Virus record (IMG/VR): IMGVR_UViG_3300045988_069781
Location: 32,770-96,769 of that record
Strand: one strand, 5' to 3'
DNA: 64,000 bases
Source of the DNA: a virus
Shown here: in pieces, positions 17,283 through 27,892 of the stretch
Layout of the letters: every line of letters starts with the position of its first letter
Numbering within the stretch: position 1 is the first letter of the stretch
The notes under the pieces: generated by a model
What the model was told of the DNA's origin: nothing
Database searches by the model: none
The model's input: the letters and a program-made list of their open reading frames with translations, nothing else
Position numbers and translations under genes: made by a program

Positions 17283-18026
17283 ATGATAGTATTACCTACA
17301 GAAAAAGTAAAAGCAAAAGTAAATAATCCTAGATTTTTGATTATTTACGGTCGACCTAAAACTGGTAAAACTAGTTGTGTAGCAGCTCTGGAAAATAATT
17401 TAATTATTGATCTAGAAGGTGGCTCTGAATTCTTAGATGCATTAGCAGTACAAGCAAGAACTGTTAATGATTTTGCTGATATTGCAAATGCAATTAGAGA
17501 AAAGATCAAAGAAACAGGTAAAAAGCCCTATAAGTATATTACTATAGATAATGCTACACGACTAGAAGAGATATGTCTACCTTACGCAGGTACTCTCTAT
17601 AAAGCTCAACCTCAAGGAAAATCTTGGCAAGGTACTGATATTAGATTGCTTCCACAAGGAGCAGGATATCAATATATTAGACTTGCTGTAAGAAAAGTTA
17701 TCGATATGTTTAAAGAACTTACTGATAACTTAATTCTTATTGGTCATACTAAGGATAAAATGATTAATAAGAATGGTGAGGATATGACGGAAATGTCCTT
17801 AGATCTTGTAGGTAAACTAGGAGATATTATATGTGGTGAAGCTGATGCAGTAGGTTTTATGTATCGAAAAGGTAATGAAACAATTATCAATTTCGATAGT
17901 AAAGATGAAACTACTAAAGGAGCAAGAGCACCTCATTTGCGTGAGCAAAAAATAGTAATTGCAGAAAGCAATGAAAACAATGAATTAACATTTCATTGGG
18001 ACAGAATTTATTTACCAGAAGTTTAA
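17283..18026 (+). CDS. RecA-fold ATPase (AAA_24/Sak4-like)
   Basis: Walker A YGRPKTGKTS. Hydrophobic strand plus H (LILIGHTKD). The size and position next to the SSB-like gene fit the call. Confidence 0.7.
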   Translation: MIVLPTEKVKAKVNNPRFLIIYGRPKTGKTSCVAALENNLIIDLEGGSEFLDALAVQARTVNDFADIANAIREKIKETGKKPYKYITIDNATRLEEICLPYAGTLYKAQPQGKSWQGTDIRLLPQGAGYQYIRLAVRKVIDMFKELTDNLILIGHTKDKMINKNGEDMTEMSLDLVGKLGDIICGEADAVGFMYRKGNETIINFDSKDETTKGARAPHLREQKIVIAESNENNELTFHWDRIYLPEV

Positions 18027-18046
18027 GTTAACCAAAATTAAAGAAT

Positions 18047-18658
18047 ATGTATAGTTCCGAAAGAGCCAAGACTATTGTAAAGAAAGACGTAGCACACTTG
18101 TCAGCAGGTATTGAAGATAACGTAATGTTAACTGCAGTAAGATTTGATAAATCTATTAATGGTAATAGTTTTATTGAATTTAAGTTTGAAAAAGAAGGTA
18201 AATTGCTGACGCATACTGAGTGGGAACCTTCTAAAAGATCTGACGAAACTGAAGAAAGTTTTCAGAATAAATGTGATAATCAATTTTCAAGAATTGAACA
18301 AATTTTGAAATGTTATTATCCTAATGCTGAAGATCGTAAGTTTATCGGCGAAAACTTCACTCAGTTTGCTCAATGGATAACAGAAATGCTTAATAAAGCA
18401 GATTTGACTACTCCGTTAAGAGTTAAAATTGTATATAATAATAGTGGTTATACTACACTACCAAAGTATGCAAAGTATACGTTTATTGAACCAATGTCTT
18501 TGGTAAACGAAAATAAATCCGTTATTGTAAAATTAGGTATCGATCAATTCGAGAAGCCTATTGTAGCAGATTTAGAAAAATCTAATCCAAGTCCTTTCTC
18601 TATGGGAAGTTCTATGGATGAAAATAATAGCGCCGATCCTAATGGATTGCCGTTTTAA
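18047..18658 (+). CDS. putative single-stranded DNA-binding protein
   Basis: The flexible C-terminal tail ends in ...NSADPNGLPF, reminiscent of the D-D-D-I-P-F tip of bacterial SSBs. It lies within the replication cluster. Confidence 0.45.
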   Translation: MYSSERAKTIVKKDVAHLSAGIEDNVMLTAVRFDKSINGNSFIEFKFEKEGKLLTHTEWEPSKRSDETEESFQNKCDNQFSRIEQILKCYYPNAEDRKFIGENFTQFAQWITEMLNKADLTTPLRVKIVYNNSGYTTLPKYAKYTFIEPMSLVNENKSVIVKLGIDQFEKPIVADLEKSNPSPFSMGSSMDENNSADPNGLPF

Positions 18659-18790
18659 GATATAAGCTATTCTGCAGATAGAACGAAGACTTCTCACGCT
18701 TAGCATATTAACAATAAGTTAATGATAGCGTACCAGGAGAACCAGAACGTATGCTGGCACTGACCACACAGGGGGTAATATAAAGGTGGA

Positions 18791-18885
18791 GAAGAGTAAG
18801 CACATAAGCAGATGTGTGAATGGACCTAATACAAATGCTAATTAGCATGTATTTAAATGGGGCGGTTCGAGTCCGCCACTCTTCA
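18791..18885 (+). tRNA. tRNA-like element with non-canonical body (95 nt)
   Basis: Acceptor GAAGAGT/ACTCTTC plus A. T-arm GGCGG-TTCGAGT-CCGCC. There is a 6-bp D-like hairpin. The central arm is a long interrupted helix capped by ATGCT-AATT-AGCAT, so there is no 7-nt anticodon loop. Confidence 0.4.
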
Positions 18886-18890
18886 CTTAT

Positions 18891-19059
18891 GGACAGAATA
18901 TTACATAATTTAAATGAAAATTATATACTAAAGTAACAACACTGTAGGCTAGCAAGGTCTTGTGAAATATATATAGTTAGTAATGTATATTATGAGACTT
19001 TGGTTTAATATAATACAAACTGATCACTTGTATCGTAGGTTCGATTCCTACTCTGTCCA
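18891..19059 (+). tRNA. tRNA-like element with oversized body (169 nt)
   Basis: Acceptor GGACAGA (18891-18897) / TCTGTCC (19052-19058) plus A. T-arm GTAGG-TTCGATT-CCTAC. There is a possible anticodon-like arm TACAA-ACTGATCAC-TTGTA. About 95 extra nt lie between the acceptor and that arm. Confidence 0.35.
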
Positions 19060-19080
19060 CTTTATTTAAATCTATATCAT

Positions 19081-20043
19081 ATGTATGACTCTACAAAAAT
19101 AAAACAGCAAGATACTCCAATTACTTTGGACTATATCTTATCAAAAGTCACAGAATATGATATTTACGCTAGATATATTGGACAATTTAAGATTGGTTTT
19201 ATATATAATAGTCCATTTAGAGAAGATAAAAATCCTTCATTTGGAATATTTAGAAGTAGAAAATCAGGTAAACTACTATTCAAAGATCATGGAAATGGTG
19301 AATGTGGAGATGTCGTTAAATTTGTAGAGCTTTATACAGGTCTAACAAATTATAATGACGTATTAAACAGAATAGTAGCTGATATGTCTATTACTAATAA
19401 TACCAAACTTAAAAGTATAAAGCAATATGAATCTAAAGATACTGTAATAGGTGTTGTTAGACAAGATTGGACAGATGTTGATAAACAATATTGGTCACAA
19501 TTTGGCATTACTAAGGAAACATTAATTAAATTTAATGTATCTAGTATAAAATATTATTTGTGTGATGGTATTGTTAAAGGTATATATAAAGATAATAATC
19601 CTATGTATGCTTATAAAGTATATGATCATTTCAAGATTTATAGACCATTAGCAGATAAATATACTAAATGGCGTAATAATTTAACTCCTTATGATATTCA
19701 AGGATATGAACAATTACCAGAAAAAGGTGATTTATTAATTATTACTAAATCATTAAAAGATGTTATGTGTTTATATGAAATGGGATATACTGCAATATCA
19801 CCATCTTCAGAAAGTACTTTTCTTACTCCAGACATTATAGATGCTCTTAAGCTTCGATTTAAGCGTATTTTAATATGTTTCGATAGAGATATTTCTGGAG
19901 TAAAGAATATGCGTAAAATAAGCCTTAAAACAGGCTTAAAAGGCTTTTTAGTACATAAAAAATGGAAAGCTAAAGATATATCAGATGCGATAAAACTAAA
20001 CGGATTTGAAGTTATTAAAAATTGGTTAAAAGAAACATTATGA
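19081..20043 (+). CDS. DnaG-like DNA primase (Toprim) with degenerate zinc-finger region
   Basis: SPFREDKNPSFGIF resembles the DnaG CPFHxEKTPSF motif, but Cys and His are replaced. ECGDVVKFV follows. Toprim-like segments: LIITKSLKD and ICFDRDISG. Confidence 0.7.
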   Translation: MYDSTKIKQQDTPITLDYILSKVTEYDIYARYIGQFKIGFIYNSPFREDKNPSFGIFRSRKSGKLLFKDHGNGECGDVVKFVELYTGLTNYNDVLNRIVADMSITNNTKLKSIKQYESKDTVIGVVRQDWTDVDKQYWSQFGITKETLIKFNVSSIKYYLCDGIVKGIYKDNNPMYAYKVYDHFKIYRPLADKYTKWRNNLTPYDIQGYEQLPEKGDLLIITKSLKDVMCLYEMGYTAISPSSESTFLTPDIIDALKLRFKRILICFDRDISGVKNMRKISLKTGLKGFLVHKKWKAKDISDAIKLNGFEVIKNWLKETL

Positions 20044-20618
20044 TATGGTTTACTTCAGATCTACATTTCTTTCATGATCGTATCTTAGAATTTCATCCAA
20101 AACGTAAAGAACTATTTGGAAATACTGTTGAAAAAGCTAAAGAAGCTATGATACAGTTATGGAATTCTAGAGTAAATAAGAAAGATACAGTGTATATTCT
20201 TGGTGATTTAGCATTTGGTGAAGTAGAAGATAAAAAAAAACTATTTCAAAGACTAAATGGTAATAAAGTATTAATACTTGGTAATCATGATAAAATACCA
20301 GATCATTTAAAATGTTATTTTAATCATATTACTCAAATTAAGAATATTAAGTTTAAGAAATCTGTATATAATTTCTTATATAAAGATTTAGAAGTGATAA
20401 TGTGTCATTTTCCAATGTTGAGTTGGGAACATAAAGATAAAGGATCTGTTATGATACATGGTCACTGTCATGGAAAAGTAGATCAAATAAATGTAGATTC
20501 TAAAGAATTAAGAGTAGATGTAGGTATAGATGGAAATCTAGCTAACTATGACTTAATATCTTTAGAAAAACTTTCTAAATATTTAAATAAAATAGAAAAA
20601 GATGGTAACAACGTTTGA
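20040..20618 (+). CDS. calcineurin-like metallophosphoesterase
   Basis: Motifs SDLHFFH, GDLAFG, GNHD, GHCHG. ATG 20040 overlaps the primase stop (ATGA). The track start at 20022 is TTG. Confidence 0.8.
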   Translation: MIWFTSDLHFFHDRILEFHPKRKELFGNTVEKAKEAMIQLWNSRVNKKDTVYILGDLAFGEVEDKKKLFQRLNGNKVLILGNHDKIPDHLKCYFNHITQIKNIKFKKSVYNFLYKDLEVIMCHFPMLSWEHKDKGSVMIHGHCHGKVDQINVDSKELRVDVGIDGNLANYDLISLEKLSKYLNKIEKDGNNV

Positions 20619-20695
20619 ATTAGCACTAATTGTATTTATTTCTAATCTTGGTGCTACTTTAGTCTGTGAAGGAATTGAAGCTATAATAATTGCTT

Positions 20696-21097
20696 ATGAA
20701 AACTACAAAAAGAAAAAGAAAGATCTCACAGAACAAGAAGATTAAAAATGCAACTCCTATAGTTCTTGATGGAATTAATTTCCGAAGTAAGTTAGAAAGT
20801 TATATGTATAAAAAGCTAGAAGAAGCAAAAATCTATAATGAATATGAAAAAAATAGATTTGAACTAATTCCAGCTTTTACTTTTTTAGGTAAAAAGATTA
20901 GAGCAATAACATACTTACCAGATTTTGTTGGAAAAAATTTCATAATAGAATGTAAAGGATTTCCTAATGAAGCTTGGCCTCTTAGAGAAAAACTTTTTAA
21001 ATATAAATTATATTTAACTAATGATTCACGACAGTTTTTTATAGTACATAATCAAAAAGAAGTAGATGAATGTATTAGACGAATTCAAGAACTATAA
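20696..21097 (+). CDS. PD-(D/E)XK-type endonuclease-like protein
   Basis: Basic N-terminus. LPDF...IIECKG matches a D...E-x-K nuclease core. The ATG at 20696 is preferred over the TTG at 20690. Confidence 0.5.
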   Translation: MKTTKRKRKISQNKKIKNATPIVLDGINFRSKLESYMYKKLEEAKIYNEYEKNRFELIPAFTFLGKKIRAITYLPDFVGKNFIIECKGFPNEAWPLREKLFKYKLYLTNDSRQFFIVHNQKEVDECIRRIQEL

Positions 21098-21392
21098 AAG
21101 AAAATTCATACAAATATCTCATAGAACTGCAATATTAATGCATATATTCGAGAAAGCTAATGATGATTTTGAAGATATAATTCTAAGTGATCACGAAGAA
21201 TATTATAAACAAAATCATAATATAAATATTTATAAAGAAGCAGCAGATCAATTCTTCAAACAATTTGAAGGAAACGAATGTATTGCTTTTGTAGAATGTC
21301 TAAGAGATAAATGTAATGAAATAATTAAAGAACACGATAAAAAGTGTAAAGAATTAAAACCAACAACTAATGAAAGTAACTGCGATAAGTGA
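21066..21392 (+). CDS. hypothetical protein (108 aa)
   Basis: ATG ORF overlapping both neighbours. Confidence 0.55.
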   Translation: MNVLDEFKNYKRKFIQISHRTAILMHIFEKANDDFEDIILSDHEEYYKQNHNINIYKEAADQFFKQFEGNECIAFVECLRDKCNEIIKEHDKKCKELKPTTNESNCDK

Positions 21393-22062
21393 TATACACG
21401 GTAATTTAATTGATATAGAACCGTGTGATATATTATTAATTTGTGGAGATATCTCACCATTAGAAATTCAAAGAGATTATATACAAATGACCAAATGGAT
21501 TTTTAATGAGTTTTATCATTGGATTATGACTTTGCCATGTGAAAGAGTAATACTTACTCCAGGTAATCATGATTTCTGGTTTGAGAAAATGATTACTCAA
21601 TCACAAACATATTTATTTGATAAATTAACCATTTTAATTAATGGAGAAACAAATATTTATTCAGATAAAGATGATAAATATTATAAGATATTTGGCACAC
21701 CTTATTGTAAATCCTTTGGTTGTTGGGCATATATGCCAGGGAATGAAAAATTACATATGTGTTATGAACAAATACCAAAAGATGTAGATATATTAATGTG
21801 TCATGATTCCCCACAGATAGGATATGTAGCTAATATTATGGAAGAAAAAAGCGAAGAATACCCTAATGGTAGACCTGCTGGTAATTCATATTTATTAGAC
21901 GCAATCATTGATAAAAAACCAAGATATGTATTATCCGGACATATACATTCCGGAGATCATACACTAACTATGTTTGAAAGTATAGGTACTGAATGTGCCA
22001 ATGTAAGCATATTAGATGAATCTTATTCGATTAATTATAAACCACTAACATTTGAACTATGA
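21370..22062 (+). CDS. calcineurin-like metallophosphoesterase (second copy, divergent)
   Basis: Motifs SDIHGN, CGDISP, GNHD, GHIHSG. Confidence 0.8.
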   Translation: MKVTAISDIHGNLIDIEPCDILLICGDISPLEIQRDYIQMTKWIFNEFYHWIMTLPCERVILTPGNHDFWFEKMITQSQTYLFDKLTILINGETNIYSDKDDKYYKIFGTPYCKSFGCWAYMPGNEKLHMCYEQIPKDVDILMCHDSPQIGYVANIMEEKSEEYPNGRPAGNSYLLDAIIDKKPRYVLSGHIHSGDHTLTMFESIGTECANVSILDESYSINYKPLTFEL

Positions 22063-22226
22063 TGAAGACTTACGAAAAGATTAACGTTAATTTGGATGAA
22101 CAGAATATGAATGTAGTAGTAATGCAAGAAGAATTAAACATTATGTTAGAATGTGATGAATACAATGATATGATGTTTTATGCAGACGCTAGTAGATATG
22201 AAAATCTTAACTGTTTAGACGAATAA
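22059..22226 (+). CDS. small acidic protein (55 aa)
   Basis: ATGA overlap with the upstream stop. It ends 1 nt before the next start and exactly fills the gap. Confidence 0.45.
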   Translation: MMKTYEKINVNLDEQNMNVVVMQEELNIMLECDEYNDMMFYADASRYENLNCLDE

Positions 22227-22227
22227 A

Positions 22228-23229
22228 ATGGATATTTCTATACCTTATTATGAAGATATGAGTCGTATATCTAACAGTAATATCGGCTGGTTTTTAAAGA
22301 AAGGCCCTCGATATCTTAAAGATATGTTAGATGGTACGGCAGAAAGCTTAAAAGCTAAATTTTTAGATAAAGGTACAATGATTCATGAATATATTCTTCA
22401 ACCAGACGAATTTTGGAAAGATTATATTATATTGGATTTTACAGTACCCAAAGTAAAACAACAAAAAGATTTGCTAGAATTTTATTCTACAGCAAAGCTA
22501 ACAGATCCTCTTGCTTCAGAAGATGATATATTACTTATGAGTTATAATACTGCATATAGTAATAATAAATCTATTGATAAAAGAATTAAAGAAGCAAAGG
22601 AATTAGTCGAATTATATAAAGACTATATAGAATACTTTCAAAACAAAGATTCTAAAAAGATAATTTCATTTGCAGATTTAAATATGCTTAAAGCCATAAA
22701 AAAGAATATGGAAGAACACAAAAAGGCAAATGAATTATTGTTTAAATTTCCAGAAACATTTGAAGTTCATAATGAGTTTCACATAAATTGGGAATATCCA
22801 AATGCTTCTCCTATGGGAGATTTAGCTTGTAAATCATTACTTGATAGAGTAATGATAGATCACACAAACAAAAAAATAATATTAGTAGATATTAAAACTA
22901 CTGCCGATGTATACAATTTCAAACATTCTATTGAAGAATTTGATTATTGTAGACAACTAGCTTACTATTGGTTAGCTATACATTGGTATTTTAAAAATGA
23001 ACTAAACCTTAAAATTGAAGAGTATGAATACGAATCTTATATTATTGCAGTACAAAGTCATGATGGGTATGAAGTTAGAGTCTTTAAAATCGATCCTAAA
23101 GGAATTGAGGAAAGGCTTGTAACAATTGATCTAGCAATTAAAAGAATAGCTTGGCATAAGGGTAATAACTTATGGAATCACACAAAAGAATACTATGATG
23201 ATGATGGTGCTGAAGTAATATGCTTATAG
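22228..23229 (+). CDS. PD-(D/E)XK (RecB/Cas4-like fold) exonuclease
   Basis: ...DRVMIDHTNKKIILVDIKT... followed by YCRQLAYY, which fits the D / (D/E)xK / QxxxY pattern. Confidence 0.65.
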   Translation: MDISIPYYEDMSRISNSNIGWFLKKGPRYLKDMLDGTAESLKAKFLDKGTMIHEYILQPDEFWKDYIILDFTVPKVKQQKDLLEFYSTAKLTDPLASEDDILLMSYNTAYSNNKSIDKRIKEAKELVELYKDYIEYFQNKDSKKIISFADLNMLKAIKKNMEEHKKANELLFKFPETFEVHNEFHINWEYPNASPMGDLACKSLLDRVMIDHTNKKIILVDIKTTADVYNFKHSIEEFDYCRQLAYYWLAIHWYFKNELNLKIEEYEYESYIIAVQSHDGYEVRVFKIDPKGIEERLVTIDLAIKRIAWHKGNNLWNHTKEYYDDDGAEVICL

Positions 23230-23693
23230 ATAAATATACTAAACATAGTATATTTTCACTTCCTCAAATATTTGGTAATATTTTAAGTAAACGTGACTTG
23301 GATGATAGTGAATTTGTTAACATGTATATGAACGATGTTAATAATCCACTCCTTTCAAGTCACGTTTTTTTAGTATTTCATAATATAAAGCCTTATTTGT
23401 TAAATGCTTTAAAGCAACATCATTTATTTCATTGTAGTTATACTATAACTATGAGTAAGATTAAATATACAGTTCTAGCTTTTAATAGAGCTTACTGTAT
23501 ACACGTCATAACCAGAAAAATTGAGTATGGTTTATACAAATCACTTGGTTATGAAACAAAAATCAAGATATTGAATTTTTGGAATGCTGGAGTAAATGGT
23601 AAACTACATAAGTATTTGTTTGATGAAAATGCTAAAACGATAAAACCATTAAGTGAAAATATTACACTACAAGACACAATAAAGCCCCAATAG
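23220..23693 (+). CDS. hypothetical protein (157 aa)
   Basis: Last gene of the + strand block. Confidence 0.6.
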   Translation: MLIDKYTKHSIFSLPQIFGNILSKRDLDDSEFVNMYMNDVNNPLLSSHVFLVFHNIKPYLLNALKQHHLFHCSYTITMSKIKYTVLAFNRAYCIHVITRKIEYGLYKSLGYETKIKILNFWNAGVNGKLHKYLFDENAKTIKPLSENITLQDTIKPQ

Positions 23694-23712
23694 TATAATA
23701 CTAAAGGGGCTT
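23682..23712. terminator. bidirectional hairpin terminator at the convergence point
   Basis: AAGCCCC (23682-23688) pairs with GGGGCTT (23706-23712). It lies between the convergent gene ends at 23693 and 23748. Confidence 0.55.
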
Positions 23713-23747
23713 CTTATTGTTGCCTTTAAAAAATTTAGGGCCGTAGA

Positions 23748-26700
23748 CTAAAAGATTGAAATCAAATTATCATAATATTCTAACTTAGATCTTGGATCTC
23801 TTGCTTCATATATACTTCTTAAAGGAGTTGCCTTAATTAAGGATCGTTGTAATCGGTTCAGACCTCTATATGGTCCTTTATTTATTTCTTCTGTAGGATC
23901 TTGCAAAGCTACTGTAGTTAAATCACCCCAGTACTGTAACGTAGACCATGCCGCAGTAGGAGTATTAAGCATATTAAATACTTCAATAGGTAATACATTA
24001 CCACGAGTTTCCAAAGAGGCTCTTAACGTAAGATATGCAGCTTCCTTTTTCCACCAGTTATCTCTGTCTTTATCCGCTATAGCACGTATTATGGAAGAAA
24101 TCAACCAGAAACCTAAAGTAGAAAATAAAAATTCATATGTAATTCTTTTTAAGCAACCTTTTTCATAATCATCTAATTCATCATAATGATCTTTGTACAG
24201 TTCTCTTAATTGATCTATTTTACTTTTGTCAAAGTAATGTCTTTTTATATATTCATAAGCTGCCGGTATTTGTGCCTCACTCCACACACCAGTAGAATAA
24301 TTGAACTGTCTCTTAGTTAAGAATTTAGTTTGTAAGTTAACCAAGATAAAGTTACGATAAATAAGTAATAATTGACCAATCAAAGTAGAATGTAATTTTG
24401 ATTTATCTAAATCAGTTAACTGAGTATCGATTCTAGTAGCAATTTGTTTAGTAGTGTTCTTGATTCTATTTAAGGTTTTCTCATCCACTATCTTAGCATA
24501 CTCTGGTCTTACTACTAATTGATTATCTTTAACTTCAAAAGCATCAAAGAATGTGATGTTTAATGCTTTCCAGGCAGCTTTACCTTTTTTCTTATCTTTG
24601 AATTTTCTTAAGAACTGATTCTTATTTACAAATTTACCAGTTTCAGGATCATACTTATTAAAGAAAGCAACAGATAAAGCTGATTTACCTTTAGTAATGA
24701 TATCACCTATTTCGTGGCCAAAATACCAGTAATGTTGATTCAAAGCCCTGAGTAATCGAGACTGATTTAATTTGCTAAATGTCTGTTCATTATCTCTAAC
24801 TACACCTAAAAATTCAAGATAACACAATACCTTGTTTTTATTGTTAGCTTTACCTATATTTTTAATAGCATCTACATAAGCTGGTAACAAGGTTTTAGTT
24901 GCTTTAGCAAGTTCCTCATTTCCAAAGTAAATACCAGACATTGCTTCCAATCTATTTTGAATCTTGTTTGTAATCAAACCTGTTAGAATAACATTAAGAT
25001 TCTGAGATATACCTTGGATTCTTGTATATGCCGCTAAGTTATTTACTAATTTATCAATACTTAATTTAACGTGTTTGCCTTTTGGTAGTTTTATATCAAC
25101 TTCTTTAGCATCTTTCTCCATGCCATAAACAAAACGATCCATTAAGTCTTTCATTTTGTCATAAGTTTTACTTTCTACTCCAGATATTCTACCACCCTTT
25201 TTATCTTTAAAATCCATTCTACTAACGAAATCTAAAGCTAATTCTAATTCAGGAGCAGCTTCACTCATCTTTTCGTAGTTTACAGCCATTTTGTAGTAAT
25301 GAATGATAGAACCTACTACATCGTTTGTAATTGCATCAGGATTATCCAGCATTTTAATATATCTGGTAGGTATTAATTTAACTAAAGATCCATCAGATCT
25401 TTTAGCATTTTCTATCATATACCTATCATCATCATCTTTTACTGTATATAAATCCTGTGCAGCGTAAGCTATACCTTTTAAGAAGTTATCTTTACTACGG
25501 ATTTGAGTCCATGAACCACCTTCAATCTGAGGTAATTTGTATTTATTAGCGTATCTTAAGAATCCAATTTTAGAATTAGATAAATCCATAACATCCACTA
25601 AAGCGTCATATAATGCTTTTAATTTAGGATCACTTGTAATCTTTTTATAAGCGGCGCTATTATCAAAGTATTTGGGATTTGGTATTACAGTTTCACCGCG
25701 ATCTTCGTACTTAGTAAATCTAGGATCATAGAATGGAGATTCTCTATCAATTTCTGCCCAAGACCTATTAGGTATTCTTTCTACGTATTTTGATTTAAAT
25801 TCATCCTTTGGAACTAATTTACGCCAGAAAGAAGCTGGTACAACGTCACCTCTAGAAGTGTATCTAGCATTTACAGAGAACCATGCGTTAAATGCTGCTT
25901 CACCCTGTTTTTCCATACGTTCAAATTCTTCATAGAATTTAGGGTTGATATCCCACTTAGCTATTTCCATTACTCTAGATTTTTTTGATTTATCTCTGTT
26001 AGCAATAGCTTCATCGGATATCATTACGTCATATGTATTTATCATAGACTTAACATTCTCAGGCATGGCATCAGTATTAAATGTACCGTCTTCTCTAGCA
26101 TACAATTTCAAGAGATTCTTTCTAGCGTTTTCATACAATACTTGATTGTCAGATTTAATCGGATTAGAGGATAGCATTTTAACATCTTCCCAGAATTCTT
26201 CTTTAATTCTTTCAACAGAATTTCTCTGCTCCCATTTCTTGAATAATTCTGGAGAAAGATTCTTCTTAGCAACCGCTTTAGCTTTGTTGTACTTTTCCAT
26301 ATTGGGTTTATAGTTCAACTTAGTTCTAAGCTTTTCATTATATTGCTGCATTTCTCTAGCTATTTCCAAATCTAAACCAGCTTTTGTAGTACCATCTGCA
26401 TAAAATGGGTTTGCTAAATTACGTCTACTATTTTCTAATTCTTGTAATTTACCATAGTCTTCATCAGATAATAATTCTCTATGTATATCACCATTTTCAT
26501 CTCTAGTGTTATTAAGAAGCAAATTAATTTCCATATTAATTGTATCTCTTCTTGTTCTAGCTTCTTCACTAAGACTGTTTGTTAATTCATAATACTCTGG
26601 TACAAATCTACGAATACTGTATTTAGCGTGCCATTTATTGTTTTCAGTATTCCAAATTTTTAACTGTTCTTTATTTAATAAACCCGGCACTTCTGATATA

Positions 26701-27890
26701 TCTTTATCTCCGAAGCCTAATTTATCTGCTAAATCTCTTTGATATTTGAAAAGCTTCTGATAATGTTCACCGTAATTCAAATCTCTAGTCATAAACCCTG
26801 TTTTATGACCATCTTTTGTTTTCTCATGGAAATAAGCCAATTTAGCTTTATCTACTTGATCTAATAGATTTAATAATTCTTTACCTTTGATTCTCTCTTC
26901 ATCTGCCACAGCATTTTTAACAGCAATTATTTTATTCATCATAATTCTAACTAATTCACTATTTGAATACTGTGTACTGCCTATCCATTGATCCCACAAG
27001 TTAATATCCAAATCGCCTTCTTCTAGAATGTTTTTCAATTGATCTACAGTATAAGAACCGGCTTTGGTAGCTTCTTTTATGAAATTATCTTTGGCGATTA
27101 TGTCAACTACATTATTGAAATTTCTAACAAGTTCTGCATAATTGCCCATGATTCTTTTTAACGCTACTTTTGTATCATTAATCAATTGTTCATTATTGAA
27201 ATAATCAAAAGTAGTATCATCATCTAGCATATTCTGCAAATTAGTAGCAATATTGTTATAGAATCCAATATAACCTTTTTTAATCAGATCCAATTCAGCA
27301 TTAGAGATTTCATGATCATTACCGTATTTAGCAGCTTCTTTTACTTTGGATAATATTCTTAAAGTTTCATCTAATGCAGAATTGATATCTTGATCCATGT
27401 AATCTATGAATTCTAAAGTAGCTTTATCATTTTCTAATTGATTTAATCTAAATTCTAAAGCTCTCAATTCATCTAGTTTATTTGGATTTGTATATTTAGA
27501 ATACTGGATATCTTTCATTCTACGATGAATAGAAGACATTAATTTGTCATACACATTATTTATAGTAGCTGGTACAAATGTAGGTTTATTAATAGTCTCA
27601 TTGGCTTTTAAAACAACATCTACAGAAGATTCTCCTTTACTTACATTTTCCGGAGTAAACTGGTTGGAGAATACAATAGATTTGGCTTTAATTGCTTTTA
27701 CAGCATCATTTTTATAATGCTTCAACAAGTCATTAAATAGTTTAGAAGACTCTCCATTGGGAGTCTTATCTAAACCATAGCCATTGTTTTCTGAAAGAAC
27801 ATAATATGCGGCATTCTCACTACCTAATATTTCTGTATACTCTTTAAGTAAAGCTGCAACTTCTGGATTTTTAATATTTAAACACTGCAT
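23748..27890 (-). CDS. giant virion-associated protein (1380 aa), function unknown
   Basis: Uninterrupted 4.1-kb ORF immediately downstream of the RNAP gene. A packaged or ejected cargo role is inferred from position only. Confidence 0.85.
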   Translation of the reverse strand: MQCLNIKNPEVAALLKEYTEILGSENAAYYVLSENNGYGLDKTPNGESSKLFNDLLKHYKNDAVKAIKAKSIVFSNQFTPENVSKGESSVDVVLKANETINKPTFVPATINNVYDKLMSSIHRRMKDIQYSKYTNPNKLDELRALEFRLNQLENDKATLEFIDYMDQDINSALDETLRILSKVKEAAKYGNDHEISNAELDLIKKGYIGFYNNIATNLQNMLDDDTTFDYFNNEQLINDTKVALKRIMGNYAELVRNFNNVVDIIAKDNFIKEATKAGSYTVDQLKNILEEGDLDINLWDQWIGSTQYSNSELVRIMMNKIIAVKNAVADEERIKGKELLNLLDQVDKAKLAYFHEKTKDGHKTGFMTRDLNYGEHYQKLFKYQRDLADKLGFGDKDISEVPGLLNKEQLKIWNTENNKWHAKYSIRRFVPEYYELTNSLSEEARTRRDTINMEINLLLNNTRDENGDIHRELLSDEDYGKLQELENSRRNLANPFYADGTTKAGLDLEIAREMQQYNEKLRTKLNYKPNMEKYNKAKAVAKKNLSPELFKKWEQRNSVERIKEEFWEDVKMLSSNPIKSDNQVLYENARKNLLKLYAREDGTFNTDAMPENVKSMINTYDVMISDEAIANRDKSKKSRVMEIAKWDINPKFYEEFERMEKQGEAAFNAWFSVNARYTSRGDVVPASFWRKLVPKDEFKSKYVERIPNRSWAEIDRESPFYDPRFTKYEDRGETVIPNPKYFDNSAAYKKITSDPKLKALYDALVDVMDLSNSKIGFLRYANKYKLPQIEGGSWTQIRSKDNFLKGIAYAAQDLYTVKDDDDRYMIENAKRSDGSLVKLIPTRYIKMLDNPDAITNDVVGSIIHYYKMAVNYEKMSEAAPELELALDFVSRMDFKDKKGGRISGVESKTYDKMKDLMDRFVYGMEKDAKEVDIKLPKGKHVKLSIDKLVNNLAAYTRIQGISQNLNVILTGLITNKIQNRLEAMSGIYFGNEELAKATKTLLPAYVDAIKNIGKANNKNKVLCYLEFLGVVRDNEQTFSKLNQSRLLRALNQHYWYFGHEIGDIITKGKSALSVAFFNKYDPETGKFVNKNQFLRKFKDKKKGKAAWKALNITFFDAFEVKDNQLVVRPEYAKIVDEKTLNRIKNTTKQIATRIDTQLTDLDKSKLHSTLIGQLLLIYRNFILVNLQTKFLTKRQFNYSTGVWSEAQIPAAYEYIKRHYFDKSKIDQLRELYKDHYDELDDYEKGCLKRITYEFLFSTLGFWLISSIIRAIADKDRDNWWKKEAAYLTLRASLETRGNVLPIEVFNMLNTPTAAWSTLQYWGDLTTVALQDPTEEINKGPYRGLNRLQRSLIKATPLRSIYEARDPRSKLEYYDNLISIF

Positions 27891-27892
27891 AA

